In this document: piece by piece, positions 35,348 through 45,700 of the stretch | Position numbering within the stretch: the first letter of the stretch is position 1 | How the letters are laid out: each line of letters begins with the position of its first letter | Made by a program: the position numbers and the translations under genes | DNA from: a virus | Taxonomy: Duplodnaviria; Caudoviricetes | Strand: one strand, 5' to 3' | Length of the DNA: 64,000 nt | Virus record (IMG/VR): IMGVR_UViG_3300005573_000089 | Span: 4,420-68,419 of that record | Notes under the pieces: model-generated | Database searches by the model: none | Seen by the model: only the letters and a program-made list of their open reading frames with translations | Told to the model about the DNA's origin: nothing

Positions 35348-37873
35348 ATGATTAAAATGGATCAGACTACTTTTGATTCAAGTGAAATAATATGTATAGA
35401 AACTAGTAAATTTAATCTATTATTTCCAGATGGATTTCCTATGAGTATTTTAGAAGATCTATGTTCACATTCAGATGAGGATGTTATAGGATTTGTTAAG
35501 GAGATATCAGATGAATCATTAGAGATCTTACATACTTTATCTCATGCTTATTTCAAAGAATTAGGAGATATTGCTTGTAGATCTCATTTCTATGTAGCTA
35601 ATGAAATGTTAGATAGAGGACTTAAACATATTAACAGAACTATTTGTGATCAAGTTGTAGAATTAATTAGAAACTATAAAACATATGATCCATCTAAAGT
35701 TCCTGATAAGGTCTTATTGGATGACAACAGAATTGTACATGCTTGGATCTCTAGATTAGAGAAAGGACTTAGATTTAACTCAGATCAATTTAAAGATCTA
35801 TCTCTAGAAGAACAAAAGAAAGTTATTTACAAATTAAAAGAAGAAATAGAAAAAGAAATGATCAAAAGAGGATTCAAAATATCAGAGAAAGATTCAGATA
35901 AAGACAAAATCGATTTATCCCCTAAATCGATCTTTGAAGAGATCAATCCATCTGAAATTGATCCTTCATATGTTATTGATCTTAGTGATGATGAATTAAT
36001 AGCCTTATATAGAAAAATACATGATATGGCTAAAGAACATATTTCTGAAGATTTAATGAATGCTAATATCTTTATAGGTATTGAATTATTCAAAAGAGGA
36101 CTTTATGATGATTATAAAATAGATGACAAATTAACTGAAATTACAGAAGTTAACATATCTGAATATCCTACGATCAAAGGATTCTCTAAAGATACAATTA
36201 CATTAGAAGATGTAATAGAAGCATTTCAAGAAACACCTAATATCCCTGTAGAAGGACAACCATATTCTTGTTATTTAGCTGGTAGGATAGTAAATGAAGG
36301 ATCTATTCCTTCTGATCATGATATAGATCTAATATTTAGACAAAGACCAGATCCAAGATTAATTGCAAGCATTAAAAGAATATTACCTAATTGGTTATCT
36401 GAAAGATTACATATAGTATTTGATCCTAATGGACCTGAAGTAGGATATTCTATTCCCCTATACAATTATGGATTCTTCTTAGTACCAGAAAATGAAATGA
36501 AGAAAGGATTTGGTCCATTTAGATATGAATCATTATCAAAACTTAAACCTGGAATGATCTTTAGATTACTTAAACAAAAGACTGGATGGAATAAGAATGA
36601 ATTTTGGCAATATGAAGATCTTTGGAATAATTGGGCTTCTAAGTATATTCAAAATAAAATTCACTGTAGTAAGAAATATGATGGTAGAAGTTTTTTGATC
36701 TGGATACTAAAGAATGGAGATGTTAAAATCATTACAGAAGATGAAATGAGAGATAGATCAGATCAATTACCTAATGTAATAGAAGAATTCTCAAAGATCT
36801 TCAAAGATCATGATGTATCCATTCATGCAGAATGTGTTGCATACAGTACAGAAGGTAAGATCATTAAATCAGCAGATGTTAAAGAGAATTCTTGTGAAGA
36901 AATACCTAGAGAAGATACAGCATTCCTTACAATTGGAAAGATAACAGAAGAACAAGAAAATAGTTTAGTCTTTCATGCACATGATCTTATTTACTATGAT
37001 GAAGATCTATCTGAAAAACCATATTGTGAAAGATTTGAGATCTTAGAGAACATTGTACCAGATAATTGTAGATTCATTAATGTTGTTAAGTTTGAAATAG
37101 CTAAGAATCCAAGAGAATTTAAAGAAGCAGTAGATAAGTTAAGATCTCTTAAAGGAAGTGAAGGAGTATTTTTTAGATCTTGTAATGCTACTTATCCTAT
37201 TAAGACATCTGGAGAGAATAGATCACCATTATTAGCAAAGATCAAGAACCTTAAGAGTGTAGATGTTATGGTATGGGATCGTATAGCAAAAGAAGAGAAA
37301 GAGACTCATAAGAGATTACCAGAATATATGTACGATTGTGTTTTCTTAATTCCTAAAGAACTTAAAGATAAATTTGATAAAGTCTTTGAATATAATGGGA
37401 ATTATTATTCTTACATTGGAAGGACATATGCTACTTCTGATAAAAGAGAAAGAGGAGATATTATAGAAGTACTTGTAGGTAGAATTAGAGAATACATTAA
37501 CAAAAGAACTGGTAAGACATACATATCTTGGATGTTCCCTAAGTACAAAGAATTTAGATCTGATAAGAAAGAACCAGATAATCTTAACACTATTAGAAAA
37601 TTAAGTAAAGTTGGACCAGGAATATTAAATTTAGATAATAAGATCGTTAAATTGAAACTATGTCCTTACTTTGAAGATTTTGATATTTGTCTTTTAAAGA
37701 GGATATTTGGTAGAACTAGAGATGAAGAACTTACTAAATTTGAATATCTTAAGTTTCCAATAATATGTCCTATAGCATCTTTCTACAGATGTAGATATCT
37801 TAAGTCTTATTATTATGGAATTAAAGATTTTGATATCGGAGATATAATTGTAGAGGAGGATGATGATCAGTGA
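35348..37873 (+). CDS. multidomain protein: His-rich helical repeats, Pol-beta-type nucleotidyltransferase, ATP-dependent ligase
   Basis: LAGR..EG..SDHDIDL; KKYDG, HAE, FHAHD, EG.F.R, AKIK, OB-like tail. Confidence 0.75.
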   Translation: MIKMDQTTFDSSEIICIETSKFNLLFPDGFPMSILEDLCSHSDEDVIGFVKEISDESLEILHTLSHAYFKELGDIACRSHFYVANEMLDRGLKHINRTICDQVVELIRNYKTYDPSKVPDKVLLDDNRIVHAWISRLEKGLRFNSDQFKDLSLEEQKKVIYKLKEEIEKEMIKRGFKISEKDSDKDKIDLSPKSIFEEINPSEIDPSYVIDLSDDELIALYRKIHDMAKEHISEDLMNANIFIGIELFKRGLYDDYKIDDKLTEITEVNISEYPTIKGFSKDTITLEDVIEAFQETPNIPVEGQPYSCYLAGRIVNEGSIPSDHDIDLIFRQRPDPRLIASIKRILPNWLSERLHIVFDPNGPEVGYSIPLYNYGFFLVPENEMKKGFGPFRYESLSKLKPGMIFRLLKQKTGWNKNEFWQYEDLWNNWASKYIQNKIHCSKKYDGRSFLIWILKNGDVKIITEDEMRDRSDQLPNVIEEFSKIFKDHDVSIHAECVAYSTEGKIIKSADVKENSCEEIPREDTAFLTIGKITEEQENSLVFHAHDLIYYDEDLSEKPYCERFEILENIVPDNCRFINVVKFEIAKNPREFKEAVDKLRSLKGSEGVFFRSCNATYPIKTSGENRSPLLAKIKNLKSVDVMVWDRIAKEEKETHKRLPEYMYDCVFLIPKELKDKFDKVFEYNGNYYSYIGRTYATSDKRERGDIIEVLVGRIREYINKRTGKTYISWMFPKYKEFRSDKKEPDNLNTIRKLSKVGPGILNLDNKIVKLKLCPYFEDFDICLLKRIFGRTRDEELTKFEYLKFPIICPIASFYRCRYLKSYYYGIKDFDIGDIIVEEDDDQ
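35909..35931. repeat. 23-bp palindrome copy inside the ligase gene (core TCCCC)
   Basis: perfect arms, encodes IDLSPKSI. Confidence 0.95.
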
Positions 37874-39744
37874 GTATATATGAAGATGATCTAGACTTAA
37901 ATAAAATCGATTTATCACCTAAATTGATTGAGATCTTACAGTCTAGATATTTAGAATATCCTAAAGACAATAAAGAGACAGAAGGAGTAATAGAAAGACA
38001 TTGTATAGGTAATGCTTGTCATTTTGATATTAGGTTTTTAGTTGATGATCATTTAGTTGGTTTCTCTATTGTAGGTTTTAATAGAGAATCTGATCCAGAT
38101 GTTAAAGATCTTAAAGTAAATGAAAATCATAGATCAGAAACTAAAGCAGTACAACCAGTTACTTGGTTATTTAAGAATAGAAAGATAGGAGAAGAATTTG
38201 AATTTAAACCAGGTACTGTAGGTGCTGGTGTAGAGAAAGAAGGAACTATGAAAATATTAGATCGTTTTAAAGTAATATTTGGTACATTAAAACCATATTT
38301 TGTAGAGTATTTTATTAAAGGAGAAAAGAACTTTAAAGATTGGACTAGAATTACATTTACTTCTTTAAAAGCTAAGAGATTAGATCCTGAAACTAAAGAA
38401 CCTATAGGAGAATTTGAGAGAATATGGATCTTTAAGATACCTTCTGATCAAATGCCTTATGCAATATCTGATAGAGCTATGAAGAAGAACTATAAGCCTA
38501 AAGAAGGTATAATTCCTTTTCCAGAAGAATGGACTAAAGAACATTACAAAGAACAATATAAGAAATGGTTAGATTATATGTCTAATAAGAAAGAAGAACT
38601 TAGTGATATTCAATACTCATTTGTAGTAGTATCTTGGATGGGTGCTAGAGCTAAATCTGGTAGGAATATGCCTCAATTTAGATATTATCTTCTTTTAAAA
38701 GATCAATCTGATTCTGTAATGGCTTATTTAGTAGATGGTAATTTATTATATGAAAATACACTTACTATATTTGAATTTGATAGGGTATCTACTAAATGGT
38801 TAGATTATGAAGGATTAATAAGTCCAGATTCAGTATTCAATCCAAATAAAGAGATTCAAGCAAAGTATACAATTATTTCTAAAGGCAGAGTATCTTATAA
38901 TAAAGAGATTGAAAATGAAATTGAGATCATTAAACTTAATTTCAAATCTGGACTGATCAAAGGTAAGTGGATTATAAAACAAGATGAGAAAGGATCTGAT
39001 ATTAGAACTATTGAGAAACTAATGATAGAAGAAATTAAAGAAGAACTTAAGAGATCTGAATTTGTCTATCATGAACATACTATAGATGGTAAGACACATT
39101 GGGATATTAGATTTAAAAATGGTACAGAATATAATCTTACAGATAATTTACTTGATACAAACAGTACTAAGGCTTATAGAAAGATGTGCTATGATATAGA
39201 CAAATGGTGGATCACTTCTGGAGAAAGAGATCTTAAAGTTGGTAGTATAATAACTCATGTTAAGCATCTAGATCATGGTAATGTTACAATCTTTAATGAT
39301 ACAGATAATTTCTCTTCTTATGATTTTAAAGGAGATCTGTTAAAAGGATTATATGTTGCTATCAAAGAAGATGGATATTACTTATTTAAGAAATCAGAAT
39401 TACCTGGAGAAGAAAAATTAAGTGAAGGAGATCCAAATACTGGTGATTACTATGATCCTTTCAAAATAATTGATATTAAAGGTAGAGATACATTTAGGAT
39501 AGAACTTTATGATATTAAGAAATTTACTAGATGTGAATTACCTTCTAAAGCTAAAGAATATATCAAAGATATTCCAGATGGTGTATCTATAGGTATTTGT
39601 TTATTCCCTAGAGAAGGAACATTACATGGTGCTAGAGTATCATATGTTATCTTCAAGAGAGATAAATGGACAATTGAACAAGCAATTAAATGGATAAATG
39701 ATAATAAAATATACAATTTTCTTTCTACTATGATCAGAGAATAA
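37870..39744 (+). CDS. protein with two LigD 3'-phosphoesterase-like motifs
   Basis: VIERHCIGNACHFDIRF and FVYHEHTIDGKTHWDIRF resemble the LigD-PE H-x4-6-H-[YFW]-D-x-R motif. Confidence 0.6.
   Translation: MSIYEDDLDLNKIDLSPKLIEILQSRYLEYPKDNKETEGVIERHCIGNACHFDIRFLVDDHLVGFSIVGFNRESDPDVKDLKVNENHRSETKAVQPVTWLFKNRKIGEEFEFKPGTVGAGVEKEGTMKILDRFKVIFGTLKPYFVEYFIKGEKNFKDWTRITFTSLKAKRLDPETKEPIGEFERIWIFKIPSDQMPYAISDRAMKKNYKPKEGIIPFPEEWTKEHYKEQYKKWLDYMSNKKEELSDIQYSFVVVSWMGARAKSGRNMPQFRYYLLLKDQSDSVMAYLVDGNLLYENTLTIFEFDRVSTKWLDYEGLISPDSVFNPNKEIQAKYTIISKGRVSYNKEIENEIEIIKLNFKSGLIKGKWIIKQDEKGSDIRTIEKLMIEEIKEELKRSEFVYHEHTIDGKTHWDIRFKNGTEYNLTDNLLDTNSTKAYRKMCYDIDKWWITSGERDLKVGSIITHVKHLDHGNVTIFNDTDNFSSYDFKGDLLKGLYVAIKEDGYYLFKKSELPGEEKLSEGDPNTGDYYDPFKIIDIKGRDTFRIELYDIKKFTRCELPSKAKEYIKDIPDGVSIGICLFPREGTLHGARVSYVIFKRDKWTIEQAIKWINDNKIYNFLSTMIRE
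37906..37928. repeat. palindrome copy inside a CDS (core TCACC)
   Basis: atcgattta tcacc taaattgat, encodes IDLSPKLI. Confidence 0.9.
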
Positions 39745-39745
39745 A

Positions 39746-39803
39746 ATCGATTTATCACCTAAATCGATATATCGCTGTAAATCGATTTATCACCTAAATC
39801 GAT
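39746..39803. repeat. palindrome doublet (39746-39768, 39781-39803)
   Basis: two perfect TCACC copies 35 bp apart, linker ATATCGCTGTAA. Confidence 0.95.
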
Positions 39804-39965
39804 TTCTGTCCATGAAATTTTATATGGATCTCTTTGATAAATAGATTAATGGTGTTGTTAAATGAGTTCTAAGAAGAGATTTATGTCTTTAAGATTATCA
39901 CTTGTTACTAAGGACTTTGTAATTATAAAGAATAAAATTCATAAGTTCAGAAGTAAATACTTGAA

Positions 39966-40262
39966 TTGATTGATATGATTGAGATTCATAAAGGAGATTA
40001 TGGCTTCTATTTCAGATTTTATATTAAAAATACAGATGTAACTGCTTATACAATTGTATTCGATGTATGGAATCCTAATACGATAATTTTAGATGGAGTT
40101 ACTTGTTCTTCTAGTCTTGATGGTAAACATACAATTGCATTATGGAAAGTACCTAAAGGTGCATTTGATGTAACAGAAGGAACATACAAAGGACAACTAA
40201 GAATTCTTGGTGACAATTATGAAGAAAGTACAGAAGTATTTCCTGTCATTGTTGAGGAGTGA
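39966..40262 (+). CDS. BppU-N-like Ig-fold virion protein
   Basis: IHKGD..F.F..DVT.YTI..G.Y.GQL pattern. Confidence 0.5.
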   Translation: MIDMIEIHKGDYGFYFRFYIKNTDVTAYTIVFDVWNPNTIILDGVTCSSSLDGKHTIALWKVPKGAFDVTEGTYKGQLRILGDNYEESTEVFPVIVEE

Positions 40263-40366
40263 ACTACCATCCTACAAATAGGATTGCTTCATACATCCAT
40301 TGAAATAAGTGATCTTCTTGCGTAATGATTATAAGAAGCTCTGATATTTTAGTTAAGTGATCTTAT

Positions 40367-40621
40367 ATGGGCAAAATAATAGAATTAGAACGAAAGGAAA
40401 TTAGAAATGATGCAGGAGAATTATTAGCATATTCTGTAATTGAAGTAGATCTAGATGATTATAAGGCTATGTGGAATGTTGCTTGTTCAGAATTAAAAAT
40501 TAATCCAAATGATACTAGCATTACAAATAAATTACAAGTCTTTAAAAAAATGGGATATGAGAAGTACAAAGATATATTAATGAAAGAAGAGGGATTTGAA
40601 TGGCTGTCAGAGACGTTGTAG
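40367..40621 (+). CDS. hypothetical protein
   Basis: ORF in the structural operon. Confidence 0.55.
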   Translation: MGKIIELERKEIRNDAGELLAYSVIEVDLDDYKAMWNVACSELKINPNDTSITNKLQVFKKMGYEKYKDILMKEEGFEWLSETL

Positions 40622-40887
40622 CAGATATTCAGTCAATTGCTTCTGGTTCTTATTTAGATATTCAACCAGCATCTGGTACTGAAATTGTTATTCATAATAT
40701 TGTACATGCTAGTGATGCTACATTAAATAGATATGATGATACTAATTCAATAGATGTAGAAACTCAATATGGATCTGGTGGATGGTTTGGTTATTTCTTA
40801 CATGCTAATAACACTGATCGATGGAGAGTAAAAAATTCAAACAGTAGTGCTGCATTAATAGGCTATGATGGAATAGTTACTAAATAG
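40600..40887 (+). CDS. putative small virion protein
   Basis: beta-rich, small-residue composition. Confidence 0.5.
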   Translation: MAVRDVVADIQSIASGSYLDIQPASGTEIVIHNIVHASDATLNRYDDTNSIDVETQYGSGGWFGYFLHANNTDRWRVKNSNSSAALIGYDGIVTK

Positions 40888-42002
40888 TGTTTGATATGTC
40901 TAGACCATACCTAGAATATTACTCATTTGAAAGATTCAAAACATCAGCTAGACCAACAATTCTATCTGTTGCAAGTGAATCTGCTTCTTATACTGTTACA
41001 GCAAATGTACTAACAGCTATTCCTTTTATATCACCAGTTACATGTAGAATTGGAACTGTTAATGTTAATGTAGCTACTGCTGCAACTGGATCATTAAGAG
41101 TAGGATTATACAGAGATTCAGGATCAATATCTCCTGGTGGTTTAGTATATGATTTTGGTGCTGTAGATACTGGATCTACTGGAGAAAAGAATATTTCACC
41201 TACTAATGCATTCTTATATAGAGATAACTTATATTGGATTTCATTTTTACCCAATGCAGCACCAGCAATAACAGGACATGTTGATGCATATGGTGATATA
41301 TTAGGATCTTCTGCTGTAGCAGGTCAACCATATTTTGCTATTACTACTGGTTATACATATGGTGCATTGCCTAATCCTTTTCCATCTCCTCAAACAATTG
41401 CTTATTCATCTAACATAATTAGACTAACATTATTAGCAAATAAACTATCAAAGAAGAGACCATATATGGAAGATGTTTACTTTACTGATTATAGAAAATC
41501 TGGTAGATATTTCCATGGAACAGCAATTTCTAGATCTACTGCTAATTATGCAATCAATGGTGGAACTATAGCATTTTGTCCATTTATTGTTACTAAATCA
41601 GAGAAGTTTGATCAGATAGGGATCAATGTAAATACAGCTGGAAGTGGAAATGCTAGATTGGGAGTGTATAAAGCAGCAGAGAAAAGCAAAGATCCTAGAG
41701 GTTTAATTATAGATGCTGGAGAAGTTAGTATTGCAAGTACAGGAGTTAAAACTATCAGTACTACTATTAAATTAAATAAAGGACTATATTATTTAGTTGT
41801 ATTTCCATCATCAAATGTTACATTAAGTAGTGTATCTTATGGTTCTTATGTTAACTTTTTAGGTTGTGATTCTGGATTTACTGGTCTTTATACTATACCG
41901 ACATTAGCATATACATATGGATCTTTACCAAGTTTAATTACTTCTCCTCCAACTACATTTTATTCTCAAATAGGACCTTTAGTTGCATTAAGGAAGGCAT
42001 AG
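40887..42002 (+). CDS. virion/fibre protein with two tandem beta-sandwich repeats
   Basis: GSLRVGLY..D.G.V..GEK and GNARLGVY..IDAGEVS..GVKTI. Confidence 0.6.
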   Translation: MFDMSRPYLEYYSFERFKTSARPTILSVASESASYTVTANVLTAIPFISPVTCRIGTVNVNVATAATGSLRVGLYRDSGSISPGGLVYDFGAVDTGSTGEKNISPTNAFLYRDNLYWISFLPNAAPAITGHVDAYGDILGSSAVAGQPYFAITTGYTYGALPNPFPSPQTIAYSSNIIRLTLLANKLSKKRPYMEDVYFTDYRKSGRYFHGTAISRSTANYAINGGTIAFCPFIVTKSEKFDQIGINVNTAGSGNARLGVYKAAEKSKDPRGLIIDAGEVSIASTGVKTISTTIKLNKGLYYLVVFPSSNVTLSSVSYGSYVNFLGCDSGFTGLYTIPTLAYTYGSLPSLITSPPTTFYSQIGPLVALRKA

Positions 42003-42004
42003 AT

Positions 42005-42556
42005 ATGTCTGTAGTTGGATCTAGAGAAGCATATTTTTATGAAACAAGATCCAATATAGGTCGTTGGAATAGTGCCCAATATAACTGTACTTCGATTAAT
42101 AATACATCATCATTATCTGCAAATTACTTATATGCAGTTCCATGTATATTGTATGCTGGTACTAAAATAACTGGATTAGGAATTTATGTAAGTACAAGTG
42201 GATCTGGTAATGCAAGATTAGGAATATATGCTGATTCTAATGTTTCACCTAGTAGAAGAATAATAGATGCAGGAGAAGTAAGTGTATCTACTACAGGTGC
42301 TAAGACTATTACAGGATTAAATGTTTATATTAATTCTACAAATCTATACTGGTTTTCATTTGCAACTAGTGTAGCATTTTCAATTTATAGAGGAACTGCA
42401 TTAGGATCAGGTCCATTTCTAGGAGTATCTGGATCAAATGCATATACATGTATTAGGAGAAGTTTCACATATGCAGCATTACCAGATCCTTGGGGAACTC
42501 CTGCTCTTAGGACAACCGATTTATATGGAGGAGGAATTTATTATAAGGTTGGATAA
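42005..42556 (+). CDS. third, stand-alone copy of the same beta-sandwich domain
   Basis: GSGNARLGIY..IIDAGEVSVSTTGAKTI. Confidence 0.6.
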   Translation: MSVVGSREAYFYETRSNIGRWNSAQYNCTSINNTSSLSANYLYAVPCILYAGTKITGLGIYVSTSGSGNARLGIYADSNVSPSRRIIDAGEVSVSTTGAKTITGLNVYINSTNLYWFSFATSVAFSIYRGTALGSGPFLGVSGSNAYTCIRRSFTYAALPDPWGTPALRTTDLYGGGIYYKVG

Positions 42557-42558
42557 TT

Positions 42559-42771
42559 ATGAGTGAAAATGAAAGGATCAGAGTAGAAGAATATGAATAT
42601 GGTACTGGTAGACTTCTTAGTAGTTATGAAATAGAATTACCTCCAGAAGAATCAGAAAGAGTAAGAAAAAGAAGAAGATTAGATGAATTAAAGCAAATAA
42701 AGAAAGAAGATTGGACTTTAAAAGATCTTAGAGAAATAATAGAATTAATACTTTACTTCATGGAGAAATAA
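42559..42771 (+). CDS. small hypothetical protein, possible fibre chaperone
   Basis: 70 aa charged/helical, lies between fibre-like genes. Confidence 0.45.
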   Translation: MSENERIRVEEYEYGTGRLLSSYEIELPPEESERVRKRRRLDELKQIKKEDWTLKDLREIIELILYFMEK

Positions 42772-42775
42772 TAGT

Positions 42776-45700
42776 GTGTCAGAAAGTACTGATGAACTCG
42801 GATTCGTTACATCTGACCAGATAGATGAATGGGGATTCTTCTGGGATAGTAATGTATCTGAATCTGGGTTAACCAGTACTGAAACAATTACATCTACTTC
42901 TTGTTATTCTATACAAAGACCATTTCAAAATAAAACATTTTATGCTAATGGTAGATATTGGATATTTTACTTTAGTTCAACTGGCAATTTTGCCTATAAC
43001 TCAAGTACAAATGGTTCTTCATGGGGTACTCCAGTTACTATTAGTACTGATGTTCCAAATGAATATGCAGCAGTTTACTTTGATGGTACTTATGTTCATT
43101 ATACATATTACAAAACATCATATGATGTTATTTATAGAAGAGGTACTCCAAATAGTGATGGAACAATCTCTTGGTCTGCATCAGAACAAACTGTATACAA
43201 TGGTACTTCTTCCTCATATTACACTGTAAAAACTATTTCAGTTGATATAAATGGTCATGCATGGATAGGATGTACTAAATTCACTGATGGTGTAGAAGAT
43301 GCTGGTGTTATATTTAGAAATGCTAATACAGATGGTACTTGGGCAAATGATACTGGATTCCCATATACCATAAGCAGTTCAGATCAAGATCATACAATTC
43401 TTTTAGTTCCTCTCTCTAATGGTTCTGTCTATGCTATTTCATGTAAAGAAGATTCATCTATTTATGGTCGATTATGGTTATATGGAACTGGATGGCAAAG
43501 TAATGAGACAGTTACTAGCTCTTACCCAGAATCACGTCTTTATGTTGATGCAACTGCTTCTGGAAATGACGTAATGTTTGTATATGAAAATAGTTCATCA
43601 CAAGTTAGATATGTTTATAGAACATATGGATCAGGTTGGGGAACTGATACTTTACTTTCATCTACTGGCTATGACGGTATTAAAGTAACAAACTCTTTAA
43701 TTGGGATTTATTGTATTATAAGTGATCAATCTAATAATAGATTTCTTTATAGTGTTTACTCTAATGGTTCTTGGAGTTCATTAACTAATCTTACTTCTGC
43801 TAGCATCTATAGCAATACAGAATTTACTGGTTCAATGTTTGAAAATTCACATATAATTGCAATTGCATGGAAAACATCTGACTCTAAAGTAGGATTCTAT
43901 TATCTGCAAACAGCTACTACAGTAAGTAAAGATCTGTATGGAGAATTTTATCTTAAGAATAAGATCTATAAGCTCAGTTCTGCATTACAAAGTATTAAAA
44001 ATAAGGTCTTTACATTGGGTAGTTATCTATACAACACAAGAAGTATTGTCTATAAAGCATCTGATCACCTATATAATTTGAAAAATAAAGTATACTCACT
44101 AGGATCATTACCATACAACGTAAGGAATAAAGTAGGTAATATTTCCAATTCAATCTATACTTTAAGAAACAATGTCTATAAACTTTCATCTTCTATCCAT
44201 ACTGTAAGAAACAATGTTCAGAATAGTATTCAAAGTCTCTATTCAATATTAAGTAGGGTATTCGTACTTAACATATTCCTGTATTCATTATTTAATAAAG
44301 TAAGTGTAGGTTCATCTTTCTTATTTACAATTTTAAATAAAGTCTATAATTCGATCTCATTCAGTTTCATTGTTAGAAATATTGTAAGTGCATTGCAATC
44401 GTCTATCTATTCAATTAGAAATTCGATTTATCTCTTAAATCGATTTTCTTACAATTTATTTATGAAAATTTATAATATTCAATCCCTGTCCTATTATGTT
44501 AGAAACTTAGTCTATAAACTTAATTCGTTTAGCTATTTGATCAAAAATATTGTACAAGCAACTGAATCACTTGTCTATTCGATTAAAAATATAATCTATG
44601 TTACAATCTCTTCAATACACTTTGTATTAACTGGATTATACAAGTCATTAGAATTCATTTATAATTCATTCCAGAAGACTGTTAAAGAAATACAGATCAT
44701 TTGGAACATTAGAGGACTTATTCTATATTTGATATTCGATGATTATGAATACAATCAAAGTGTTTATGATCAAATACATGGAATAGAATTTAGACCAGAA
44801 ACATATGTAATTGATAGTTGTGAAAGTACTAGTTCATGGTCTGGAACTAATGTATCTCTATCAACTGATAGAAAGGTAGGATCTTATTCTATCAAAGAAG
44901 AGATCATTTCACCTGTAAGTGGAAATGTTTATTCATTGATCAATACTAATACCAAAGAATTTATATGGGAAGAAAGAAGGAATCTGTCATTTTATCTAAA
45001 GTGCAATAGACAGTCTAGTGATTTCGATTATGCTAGAATATATTTGGTAGACAGTGCTGGATATTATAGATATTGGAATCTGAATTTCAATCAAGATGAA
45101 TGGACTTTATTTAGAAAGAAATTTACTTTAGATGAACGTTATTATTTGCAATTACCTTCAGATGAAGATGGTGCATCTTATACTATTATAAATGATTGTG
45201 AATCAGTAAATGATTGGAGTTCTAATTTACCAGGAATGGTACTTGAAGATATTTCAGTTCATGGTTCATATTCCATATACTCATATGGAAATATAACTAA
45301 AGACTCATCTTATTATATTAAATATGATCCAAGCTCTGCTATAGATCTCTCTAATGGAAGATATCTTTCTATAACATTCTGTACTTATGAAGATCAGAGT
45401 ACATTCAATTATCTTAGATTAAAAATTGTAGATACCTCTGGAAATTATGCTTATAAAGATCTTGAACCAGAACAATGGTTATTTAGGAATTACGTTATTG
45501 ATTTAGAAAATATGGACTATGAGTCTAGTCCACCTCCAGACTTAGATAGTATTGATTATATTGCAATAGAAGTTAGTTACAATACTAATCAATATGTTCA
45601 TCTATTTGTAGATTTCATTAGATTAGATGATATTTCATTCTTGGATTCTGTACATGTTGAGTTTAGATTCAAAACTAAAGATACTAATTCATTCTATTAT

